A model generated the notes under the pieces. It saw nothing but the letters and a program-made list of their open reading frames with translations. It searched no databases and was not told the DNA's origin. This document shows positions 47,465 to 55,759 of a stretch of 64,000 bases of DNA, in pieces (position 1 is the first letter of the stretch; each line of letters starts with the position of its first letter). This DNA comes from Pseudomonadota bacterium (GTDB lineage Bacteria > Desulfobacterota > Desulfobulbia > Desulfobulbales > SURF-16), in assembly GCA_018897105.1 (NCBI GenBank), contig JAHILF010000007.1, forward strand, positions 14,763-78,762. Direction: 5' to 3'. The position numbers were made by a program, and so were the translations under genes.

Positions 47465-47500
47465 GTGCGAATGTTGGGGTTACCCCTAACAGCCGACATT
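47465..47500 (+). mobile_element. Group II intron 5'-end fragment
   Basis: GTGCGAATGTTGGGGTTACCCCTAACAGCCGAC starts with the GUGYG consensus and matches the 47047 copy. It is truncated before the next gene, and the end coordinate is approximate. Confidence 0.35.
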
Positions 47501-47509
47501 ATGCTCTCT

Positions 47510-47926
47510 TTAAGATGATATGACTACTTCAACCTCTGTGTTGGTAATATCTACTATTGTATCAAGTGAAAGAATATCGACGGGATCCGCCATTGCAATA
47601 GTCAGCACCCCTTCTATCTCAAACAGAGGGATTACCTTAAAATAATAGGCGACTGGCGGTGGTATGAGCTTGACAGCCTGTTCGAATTTGTCCGACCGGC
47701 TCCTCTTCCGTATTGTCACTGTCGCGGTGCTGATCCTGATCTGCTCTCTCGACATCTGGTGGGCAAGAGGTGTTCTGAAGGCCCGCGAAAAGGAGTCCTC
47801 GCATCCGGATCCATGGGGTTGAAAATCGGCGCTATTTCCACCACATAATCCGAATGGTTCGGTTTCTCGGGGAAAAGCAGGCTGATATGACCAGCCGAAA
47901 CCCTCCAGAGTGAGCCGATCGATCAC
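47510..47926 (-). CDS. ORF with a T2SSE_N (GspE/PilB N-terminal, MshEN-like) half-domain; possibly a gene fragment
   Basis: The C-terminal 55 aa LIPPPVAYYFKVIPLFEIEGVLTIAMADPVDILSLDTIVDITNTEVEVVIS match the second half of the T2SSE_N fold. The N-terminal 80 aa look non-genic and no ATPase domain follows. Confidence 0.4.
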   Translation of the reverse strand: MIDRLTLEGFGWSYQPAFPRETEPFGLCGGNSADFQPHGSGCEDSFSRAFRTPLAHQMSREQIRISTATVTIRKRSRSDKFEQAVKLIPPPVAYYFKVIPLFEIEGVLTIAMADPVDILSLDTIVDITNTEVEVVISS

Positions 47927-47937
47927 ATCATACGAAA

Positions 47938-48882
47938 TCAGACAGGCTCCCTGACAGCGGTTTCTCTATCCAGTTTTTGTCCTTCCAGTTTTTCCAGCAG
48001 GGTAACGGCAATCGGTTTACTGGCCTCGCCAAAATAGAGCGTCTGATGGGGAAAAGGGATTTCGATATTTTGGGCATCAAAGGCGAGTTTGACACGGCGC
48101 AGGAATTCCCGGCCAACCTCCCACTGGCGGATCGGCTTGGTTTTGATGCGTCCTTTGATGATCACTGCCGAGTTGTCGAACTTGTCAACCCCGAAGATTT
48201 CCGGGACATCCAGCATCAATCGCCCAAGCTCCGGGTCGTTTTTCATCTCTCTGCCGATCTGCTTGAGCACCTCCACCACCTGATCCGTGTTTTCCTTGTA
48301 GGCCACTCCGATATCAAAAACATAGGCAGACCATTCATTGGTGAGGTTGCTTAGGGTCGTGACCGATCCATTGGGGAAAACATGCACAATCCCGGCAAGG
48401 TCGCGCAGCACGATGGTCCTGAAATTTATGCGCTCCACCAGACCGCCGGTTCCGTTGACAATGGCAACGTCCCCCACCCGGACCTGGTTTTCCAGAATAA
48501 AAAAGAAGCCGCTGATCACGTCCCGCACCAGATTCTGGGCACCGAAACCGACCGCCACCCCGACAATGCCCGCACTGGCGAGAATGGGACCGATCTCAAC
48601 CCCGATTTGTTTCAGCAGGATGAGCAGCACCGTCAGCCAGAGACCCACCAGCGTTGCCTGCCGCACCAGCCGGATAATGGTTTCCACTCGTTTGGCCGAT
48701 TCCGTCGGCGGTTCACCGACCGCCTCTCCCTGGCTCAGGAGTCTCCGTTCCAACCGTTTCAACATGGACTGCAGGATTGCCATGCAGAGCCAGGCGATGC
48801 CCAGTATCAAGAGAATGCGCAGGCTGGTGAAAATCAAAGTCTGCCAGTTGAACTGCTTGAAAAAATCTATGAAAACATCCAT
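47938..48882 (-). CDS. Small-conductance mechanosensitive channel (MscS family)
   Basis: Three TM helices, then VRVGDVAIVNGTGGLVERINFRTIVLRDLAGIVHVFPNG, the MscS beta domain signature. Confidence 0.9.
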   Translation of the reverse strand: MDVFIDFFKQFNWQTLIFTSLRILLILGIAWLCMAILQSMLKRLERRLLSQGEAVGEPPTESAKRVETIIRLVRQATLVGLWLTVLLILLKQIGVEIGPILASAGIVGVAVGFGAQNLVRDVISGFFFILENQVRVGDVAIVNGTGGLVERINFRTIVLRDLAGIVHVFPNGSVTTLSNLTNEWSAYVFDIGVAYKENTDQVVEVLKQIGREMKNDPELGRLMLDVPEIFGVDKFDNSAVIIKGRIKTKPIRQWEVGREFLRRVKLAFDAQNIEIPFPHQTLYFGEASKPIAVTLLEKLEGQKLDRETAVREPV

Positions 48883-49180
48883 GAATGATTTTCCTCCTTC
48901 TGTTTTTGCGATGGCAGGGGGTAAAATGTGCCAGGTGTCTCAGGGATTAACCCCTAAATTTTGACAGGATTGTTCGTTTTGTCAAGGGATACCCCCCTAG
49001 CCTATCAAGCTCTCATGACCATGCAACAATCGAAAATACTTTGATTTTTTGTAATTTAATCCTGCTCTCTTGCGTCGATCAAAAATATTTAAAGGCAGCG
49101 GCATTTTTCATCGCGAAAGCCGTGGACAAAGCCAAGCTGATACGTACAATTTCTTTTGCGGGAGATATCCATTGCCCTTC

Positions 49181-50107
49181 TTACAGGTCAAGGCCAATGC
49201 GGCCGAAATACAGAAGGTCATAGTGTTTCTCCTTGTCCAACCCGTCATACAGTTTTGATTCATATTCATGCTCGATTCCCAATTCCAGCCCCAGGCCTCT
49301 GGCAATGGAGAGATTAATCTCCCATTTTGCCTGGGTCTGGGTCCGGTATTCTCCACGCTCGTTCAAATCGGGAAAGATAAAGAATTTTGCCGACACGGAA
49401 TGGACGCTGTTCGCCAACCAGTGACATTCAAAGCCAAGCTGCGCCTCAGGATTAAAATCATCTTCCTCTCCCCAGGTTCTGTTGCCACCGAGACCTATTC
49501 TGCCAAGAAGCTTGAATTTTTCCTCATCAAAAAAACTATAGCCCGTACCGCCTATCAGGGAAACTCGCTGCTCCCAGGATTTGAATTCGTCATAATCATA
49601 TCTGCTGTAGGAGTAATAAAACCAGGGAGAGTCGGAAAAAAGCCAGTCCCTGACAAAACTTCCATTTCCTTTGCTGGTATTTCTTTCATGGTCCTGAGAT
49701 TCATAAAAATAGGCGGCACTGAGGGCCAGACGATTATCCTTGTCTTCATATGAGGCATCAAGCGCCCCATTGAGGTTGAGACTGACATCATTGCCTTCTT
49801 CCCCTTTGACGCCCAGCGCCACGCGGCGATTCCATCCTTCAAGAAAATTCGTGCCGAAAACTCCAGGTGTTGTTTTTTTGGCCGGTTGTTGCAAGGTTAT
49901 CTTGTCTTCGTCGGATTTAATCTGGCTTTTGGGCAGGGTCAAAACGCCGAGGACTTCATGTTCCAGGGTTACTGCCTCCCCGGTCACTGCCACAATTTTT
50001 CCTGAAAGGGTATCGCCGTTTTTCAATATGACAATTTCAGCCAAGGCGACGGAGGGAGAAAGAAAAATAAAAAGCAACACAGCGGAAATTCTGCAAAAAA
50101 AAGGCAT
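49181..50107 (-). CDS. DUF481-family outer-membrane beta-barrel protein
   Basis: Signal peptide MPFFCRISAVLLFIFLSPSVALA with the N-terminal ILKNGDTLSGKIV motif. Alternating beta-strand pattern with ...YSRYDYDEF... The ATG at 50107 is preferred over the track start. Confidence 0.75.
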   Translation of the reverse strand: MPFFCRISAVLLFIFLSPSVALAEIVILKNGDTLSGKIVAVTGEAVTLEHEVLGVLTLPKSQIKSDEDKITLQQPAKKTTPGVFGTNFLEGWNRRVALGVKGEEGNDVSLNLNGALDASYEDKDNRLALSAAYFYESQDHERNTSKGNGSFVRDWLFSDSPWFYYSYSRYDYDEFKSWEQRVSLIGGTGYSFFDEEKFKLLGRIGLGGNRTWGEEDDFNPEAQLGFECHWLANSVHSVSAKFFIFPDLNERGEYRTQTQAKWEINLSIARGLGLELGIEHEYESKLYDGLDKEKHYDLLYFGRIGLDL

Positions 50108-50475
50108 GAGCACCTCAAGTCGGGGGTTAATAATGTATTGGCTGGGCTTTGTCTGGCAGTGCGACTTTGGTAGCGTTTTGTGAAGATGGTACAGCATAAC
50201 AAGAAATGATTTTTTTGCAAACCGCTGGCCGGATATGGAAATAACCTTGCAGATTAACCAAGTTTATTCAGCAAGCCATAACTTGCCGTTTCTGTTGAGA
50301 TAGTTGACATAGAGGTTGATGTCTATTTCCGTATGCGTCTTGATTTTATTTGTAGTTTTATATTATTCTCTCAAAGTCAGTCCAATACATATTTTATTAA
50401 AGTCAGCAGGGACTTCTGCTTGATAAATCATCATCACTTACCTGTAACTTCAATTTCTATTTGTTGGTTCACACA

Positions 50476-50628
50476 CAATGTCATTAACTTAAGAGTATTC
50501 GAAGTTTCCCGCCGTCACCCCGGCGAAGGCCGGGGTCCAGAACTCCTGCAAATCTCTGGATTCCGGCCTTCGCCGGAAAGACAACCCGAGGCTTCTGCCA
50601 TTAGAAAAAGCTAAAGTTAATGACATTG
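50476..50628. mobile_element. 153-bp MITE with perfect 10-bp target-site duplication
   Basis: TIRs CAATGTCATTAACTTAA (50476-92) and TAAAGTTAATGACATTG (50612-28). Direct repeat GGTTCACACA lies at 50466-75 and 50629-38. The interior is a long GC-rich hairpin (CCCCGGCGAAGGCCGGGGTCCAGAA / TCTGGATTCCGGCCTTCGCCGG). Confidence 0.7.
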
Positions 50629-50706
50629 GGTTCACACAAACAACTCACCTATTTTTTCAAATCGCACCAATTTGACCTTATTCCTGTCTAATCAGGTCAA
50701 ATCAGA

Positions 50707-50736
50707 TTGACAAAGTATTTGTTCGAACAATATAAT
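50707..50736 (+). promoter_or_regulatory. Near-consensus sigma-70 promoter with a palindromic operator in the spacer, upstream of the BREX operon
   Basis: TTGACA (50707-12), 18-nt spacer, TATAAT (50731-36). The spacer contains the perfect 12-bp palindrome TTGTTCGAACAA (50719-30). Confidence 0.6.
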
Positions 50737-50780
50737 GCGTCAGGTAATTTGACAAGAACAAGTCTTTGGGAGCGTTTAAT

Positions 50781-50966
50781 ATGGAAGATCGCTGGTTATC
50801 CGTTGAGGAAATAGCCAAATACTTAGGTGTAAGCAAGGACACCATATACAACTGGATCAACGGGAAAAGTATGCCTGCCAATAAAATTGGACGATTTTGG
50901 AAGTTCAAGCGTGAAGAGGTTGATGAGTGGGTTAAATCCGGTGGAGCCGCGGAAAGTGACAGATAG
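50781..50966 (+). CDS. Excisionase/MerR-type helix-turn-helix DNA-binding protein (putative BREX regulator)
   Basis: WLSVEEIAKYLGVSKDTIYNWINGKSMPANKIGRFWKFKREEVDEWV matches the Xis-family HTH pattern. 61 aa, ending 10 nt before brxA. Confidence 0.8.
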   Translation: MEDRWLSVEEIAKYLGVSKDTIYNWINGKSMPANKIGRFWKFKREEVDEWVKSGGAAESDR

Positions 50967-50976
50967 TAAATACAAA

Positions 50977-51582
50977 ATGTCCTTCACTTCCGGAGGTCTG
51001 TTTTTCAATGAATCTCTTCAACTCGCTGAGTTGTTTCATGAAACTGGCGATTGGCAGAAAACCCGTGACCAAGCTTTGTCTGAGAACCTTCTGCAGGCTC
51101 GAACCGAGAGCAGTTCCAAGCGTAGAGTCTGGGAAATATGCTCTCGCTTGGGGTTGTTAACAGAAGATCAGCTCCAATTGCTTCTTTTCAGTTCGCGACA
51201 GGAACAGCAATATCTCCTCTGGGTAGCTGTCTGTAAGTGTTATCCCTTCATTCGAGATTTTATGGTCGAAATTGCACGGGAAAAATTTCTTCGTATGGAT
51301 CTGCATCTTCAACCTCAAGATTTCGAAATATTCTTTGAAGATAAAGCCGAATGGCATGAAGAGCTTGAACAACTCCGTGACTCGACGAGGAAAAGACTCA
51401 GGCAGGCCCTCTTTCAAATCATGCGGGAAGCAGAAATTATTTCACCCGGGAATATGATTATTCCCTCCCTGCTTACTAAACAATTAACCAAGGTGCTTGC
51501 AGCAGATAACCCCTCCTGGCTTGCGGTGCTCCCTATATCTGACGCGGATATCAACTCATGGTTAGCATTAACTACGACATAG
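50977..51582 (+). CDS. brxA: BREX protein BrxA (DUF1819)
   Basis: About 200 aa. ...SENLLQARTESSSKRRVWEICSRL..LTEDQLQLL...EQQYLLWVAVCKCYPFIRDFMVEIAREKF follows the DUF1819 pattern. It sits first in the canonical BREX-1 order. Confidence 0.8.
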   Translation: MSFTSGGLFFNESLQLAELFHETGDWQKTRDQALSENLLQARTESSSKRRVWEICSRLGLLTEDQLQLLLFSSRQEQQYLLWVAVCKCYPFIRDFMVEIAREKFLRMDLHLQPQDFEIFFEDKAEWHEELEQLRDSTRKRLRQALFQIMREAEIISPGNMIIPSLLTKQLTKVLAADNPSWLAVLPISDADINSWLALTTT

Positions 51583-52178
51583 GCTCATTTTCAATTCAAG
51601 ACAGCTTCGATCATCTGCTGAAACTCATCAGCAGTGAACGGTTTCTTAAGAAGCAGGGGCTTGGCAATGAAGTTCCCTTTTTCATATGTCCCTTCCCACC
51701 TCAGAAAGCCGCAGACATGGACAAGCTTCGTATTCAGTTGCGAAATAAACTCGAACAACAGGGCATTCGTATACTTGACATAAACCTCTATGATCTGGCG
51801 GTTGACCTCCTGAAAAAACGTAACATTTGGGATCGCATCCTTGAAACTGAGAAATCTGTAGATAAAGAGCAACTCAAAGAACTCCTGCAAGGAGTTCTTG
51901 ATTCACAATCACACTTAGTTCCTGCCATAGCAGAAGAAATGGCTAAGACTGATTTTGATGTGATGTTTATCTCAGGAGTTGGTGAAGTCTTTCCATACAT
52001 CCGCTCCCACAATGTCCTGAACAATCTGCAAAGTACTGCCAAAGACCAGCCAACCGTCATGTTTTTCCCAGGTGCTTACACCCATTCCTTAGAAACTGGA
52101 GCATCCCTGGATCTGTTTGGTCGCTTACATGATGATAAGTATTACAGAGCATTCAATATTTTCCACTGCGAGATTTAA
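51558..52178 (+). CDS. brxB: BREX protein BrxB (DUF1788)
   Basis: 206 aa. GLGNEVPFFICPFPP... and C-terminal PTVMFFPGAY...LDLFGRLHDDKYYRAFNIF match DUF1788. Confidence 0.8.
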   Translation: MVSINYDIGSFSIQDSFDHLLKLISSERFLKKQGLGNEVPFFICPFPPQKAADMDKLRIQLRNKLEQQGIRILDINLYDLAVDLLKKRNIWDRILETEKSVDKEQLKELLQGVLDSQSHLVPAIAEEMAKTDFDVMFISGVGEVFPYIRSHNVLNNLQSTAKDQPTVMFFPGAYTHSLETGASLDLFGRLHDDKYYRAFNIFHCEI

Positions 52179-52213
52179 ACCGTATAAATCACGTTCTCAT
52201 AAAAGGAAAACTC

Positions 52214-55200
52214 ATGCTGTTAAATGAAATATTCGAGAAACCGGTAGGTCGATATATCGAAGGTGTTATCAAGGCTGATGACGAAGCCAGCCTGCGCTTG
52301 GAAGTAGAGGAATACGTTCTCACCAATGAGGTTGCCAAACGGCTGGAAAGCTTTCTTGATGCCTATAAAAACTATGACGGTGCAAACGGTGTCTGGGTGT
52401 CCGGATTCTTTGGTTCCGGCAAATCGCATCTCCTGAAGATTCTTGCTTTGCTCCTTGAGAACCGTTCCATTGACGGCACACCCGTACTCGACATGTTTCT
52501 TCCCAAATGTTCTGACAATGAAATCCTGCGCGGGGACCTTAAACGGGCAGTAGCAATTCCTTCAAAATCCATCCTCTTTAATATTGACCAGAAAGCTGAC
52601 GTTATCAGCAAAACCCAAATCGACGCCCTTCTCTCCGTCTTTGTAAAGGTGTTTGATGAGATGTGCGGTTACTACGGGAAACATGGACATATTGCCCAGT
52701 TTGAGCGTGATCTTGACAGCCGTGACCTGTATGGCAAATTCAAAGATGCCTATAAAAAAATTGCCACCCAAGAGTGGACTGTCGGCCGGGAACAGGCATT
52801 ATTCGAAGGTCATAATATTGCCAAAGCCTACTCGCAGATCACGGGTACTGACGAAGCGGCCGCAAATGGCATTCTGGACAAATACCGCAGTGATTACAAA
52901 CTCTCAATTGAAGATTTTGCCGAGCAGATTAATGCCTATATCGAAGGGCAGGAGGATAATTTTCGCTTAAACTTTTTTGTTGATGAGGTGGGGCAATACG
53001 TTGCTGACAACACAAAGCTCATGACCAACCTGCAGACTGTGGCGGAAAGTCTGGCCACCAAATGCAGAGGTCGGGCCTGGGTCATTGTTACTGCCCAGGA
53101 GGTTCTTGATGATGTTGTAGGTGAAATGCACAAAAAACAGGCCAATGATTTTTCCAAGATTCAAGCCCGTTTTGCCAACCGCATGAAGCTCACCGGTGCT
53201 AATGTTGACGAGGTTATCCAGAAAAGGCTTCTGCTCAAAAACGAAAGTGGCGTGTCGACACTGTCTGATGTCTATCACGAACAGGTAAACAACTTTAAGA
53301 CCCTGTTTGATTTTGGTGACGGCTCCCAGACCTACAAAAATTTTAGGGATCGGGATCACTTCATTCACTCCTATCCTTTCATCCCCTATCAGTTTACCCT
53401 GTTCCAGGCCGCTATCCAGAATCTGTCTCAGCACAACGCTTTCGAAGGCAAACATAGTTCCGTAGGCGAGCGATCAATGCTTGGCGTGTTTCAGCATGTG
53501 GCAAAGCATATCGCCAACCACACTATCAGAGAGCTGGCCACCTTTGATCTTATGTTTGAAGGAATTCGCACTGCTCTTAAATCACAGATACAGAAGGCTG
53601 TCCTGGTGGCGGAAAAGAACCTTGGTGATGAGTTTGCCGTCCGTGTGCTCAAGGCGCTGTTTCTGGTGAAGTATGTCAAGTCTTTCAAGGCCACTGTACG
53701 TAACATCAGCATCCTCATGCTGGATAACTTTGACCGCAATATCTCCGATCTGCAAAAACAAGTGGATGCAGCCTTGAACCTGCTTGAACAGCAAACCTAT
53801 ATCCAACGCAATGGTGAGCTGTACGAATTCCTCACCGATGAAGAAAAGGATGTGGAGCAGGAGATTAAAAATACGGATATTGAAAACTCGGACGTTTCAG
53901 ATGAGCTGGCTAAAATTGTCTTTGACCACACCTTGAAATCAAGAAAGATTCGTTACGATGACAATGGCCAAGATTATGCTTTTTCCCGCAAACTTGATGA
54001 CCGCCTGTGCGGAAAGGCGCAGGAGCTTACCATCCATATTATCAGCCCGTTTCATGAGCAGGTTGGCAACGAAACCACCCTTGCCATGCAGTCCATGGCA
54101 AAAGATGAACTGTTGGTTATCATGCCCGCAGATAACCGTTTTCTCCATGACCTGCTGCTCTACAAAAAAACAGACAAGTATGTCCGTCTGAACATGAATC
54201 AGACCCAGCAGGAGACCGTTAAACGAATTCTTACCGATAAGAGTTTCCAGAATATTGAGCGATACAAAGATCTGCAGGATAAGGCCAGGGATCTGCTCGG
54301 CAAGGCAAAACTCATTATCAACCTTAAACCCCTTGAGTTAAGCAGCACCGATCCCCAGACCAAAATCACCCAGGGCTTTTATGATCTTCTGCGGCGCACC
54401 TATCCAAACCTGAGTATGCTTCGCGGGATCAAATACAATGAGAATGACATAGCAAATTATCTCAGACCAACAGGCGCAACACTCTTTGGTGATGATGACA
54501 AAATGATGAGTGAGGCAGAGCAGGAGATGCTCTCCTTTATCCAAGGCAACAGCCGTAATGGGGTGCGAACAACTCTGAAAAATTTGGTGGAGCGCTTCGA
54601 GAAGAAACCATATGGCTGGTATTTTGCCTCTATCCTCTGTATCACGGCAAAACTCTGCGCCCGTGAAAAGATCGAGGTCAGATCCGATTCAAACATTCTG
54701 GAAGATGCGGTACTGGAAAAGGCCCTGCGCAACACCCAGGGGCATGGCAATGTCATCCTTGATCCCCAGCTTGATTTTACATCATCCCAGGTTCGGCAGT
54801 TAAAGGAGTTTTATGCTGACTTCTTTGATGCGCCGCCCAAAGCAAACGAGGCAAAGCCGCTGGCCAAGGAGACTGGAGCCGCTTTCCAGGATCTCTTGCA
54901 TGCTCTTGAGCCAATGGCAGTCATGGTGTCACATTATCCATTTCTGATAGTACTGAAAGAACCAATCAGTCAACTTCGGGAGCTTGTCGGCAAAGAGTAT
55001 AGCTTCTATCTGACTGCACTTGCCAAGCTTGAAGACAAGCTTCTCGACATGAAAGATGATGTGGTGGAACCGGTACGACGTTTCATGTCAGGTCACCCTA
55101 AAGATATATATGACGAGAGCAGGCGTTTCATTGAAGAGCAGCATGCCAATTTCTCAGACCTGAAAGGTGATGAAGGTCAACAAGCCCGTGACATCCTGGC

Positions 55201-55744
55201 AGACAGTCAATGTTTTAAGGGCAACAGGATGCAGCAGCTCAAGGGCCTGGTTGATAAGCTGAAAGAAGAAGTGGCCACCCTGCTTGATGAGACAAAAAAA
55301 CAGGCTCAAGAGACTGTTCAAGCACTCAAAGATGAACTCACTGGCATGGAAGATTATGAGCTGCTCGATACAAACCGGCAGGATGAGTTGTTGCAATCTT
55401 TCACCACATTTGAACAGAACCTACAACACCAGAAGATCATAGCCGTTATTCGTGAGAGTGTTCGCAAATTTAAGGAAAATGAATATCTGCAGCTGCTTTC
55501 CAGGAAAGACGGCTGGATACAGGAACAACAGAAAAAAGCCGAACCCGCCAATGACGAAAAGAAAGATTCCGGCAAGAAGGTTGAAACCCGGGAACGAAAA
55601 ATTGAATACATCAGCAGCAAAAAGATATCTGTTGCTTTCAGCAAAACGCTCCTTGTTAATGAACAGGATGTGGATAGTTATTTAAAGGCCTTACGTGAGG
55701 CCTATCTTTCAGAGATCAACAGTGGAAAGCGGGTTCAGGTTTAA
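52214..55744 (+). CDS. brxC: BREX ATPase BrxC/PglY
   Basis: 1176 aa. The Walker A GFFGSGKSHLLKIL lies near the N-terminus. Size and position match BrxC. Confidence 0.9.
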   Translation: MLLNEIFEKPVGRYIEGVIKADDEASLRLEVEEYVLTNEVAKRLESFLDAYKNYDGANGVWVSGFFGSGKSHLLKILALLLENRSIDGTPVLDMFLPKCSDNEILRGDLKRAVAIPSKSILFNIDQKADVISKTQIDALLSVFVKVFDEMCGYYGKHGHIAQFERDLDSRDLYGKFKDAYKKIATQEWTVGREQALFEGHNIAKAYSQITGTDEAAANGILDKYRSDYKLSIEDFAEQINAYIEGQEDNFRLNFFVDEVGQYVADNTKLMTNLQTVAESLATKCRGRAWVIVTAQEVLDDVVGEMHKKQANDFSKIQARFANRMKLTGANVDEVIQKRLLLKNESGVSTLSDVYHEQVNNFKTLFDFGDGSQTYKNFRDRDHFIHSYPFIPYQFTLFQAAIQNLSQHNAFEGKHSSVGERSMLGVFQHVAKHIANHTIRELATFDLMFEGIRTALKSQIQKAVLVAEKNLGDEFAVRVLKALFLVKYVKSFKATVRNISILMLDNFDRNISDLQKQVDAALNLLEQQTYIQRNGELYEFLTDEEKDVEQEIKNTDIENSDVSDELAKIVFDHTLKSRKIRYDDNGQDYAFSRKLDDRLCGKAQELTIHIISPFHEQVGNETTLAMQSMAKDELLVIMPADNRFLHDLLLYKKTDKYVRLNMNQTQQETVKRILTDKSFQNIERYKDLQDKARDLLGKAKLIINLKPLELSSTDPQTKITQGFYDLLRRTYPNLSMLRGIKYNENDIANYLRPTGATLFGDDDKMMSEAEQEMLSFIQGNSRNGVRTTLKNLVERFEKKPYGWYFASILCITAKLCAREKIEVRSDSNILEDAVLEKALRNTQGHGNVILDPQLDFTSSQVRQLKEFYADFFDAPPKANEAKPLAKETGAAFQDLLHALEPMAVMVSHYPFLIVLKEPISQLRELVGKEYSFYLTALAKLEDKLLDMKDDVVEPVRRFMSGHPKDIYDESRRFIEEQHANFSDLKGDEGQQARDILADSQCFKGNRMQQLKGLVDKLKEEVATLLDETKKQAQETVQALKDELTGMEDYELLDTNRQDELLQSFTTFEQNLQHQKIIAVIRESVRKFKENEYLQLLSRKDGWIQEQQKKAEPANDEKKDSGKKVETRERKIEYISSKKISVAFSKTLLVNEQDVDSYLKALREAYLSEINSGKRVQV

Positions 55745-55759
55745 AAAGGTTGAAAATTT

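Noticed and set aside
50333-50614. 93-aa track ORF (and the 60-aa ORF 47317..47499)
   Set aside because: Both are translations running through MITE interiors and TIRs (for example ...RRHPGEGRGPELLQISGFRPSPERQ...). They have no RBS and are the typical spurious ORFs created by palindromic repeats.
50640-50966. Integrative-element interpretation (excisionase-like HTH implying an adjacent integrase or att site)
   Set aside because: No integrase, tRNA or direct-repeat att candidates are visible on the left flank. The HTH gene is 10 nt from brxA behind a strong promoter, which fits an operon regulator better. The right end of the island lies outside the window, so this cannot be fully excluded.
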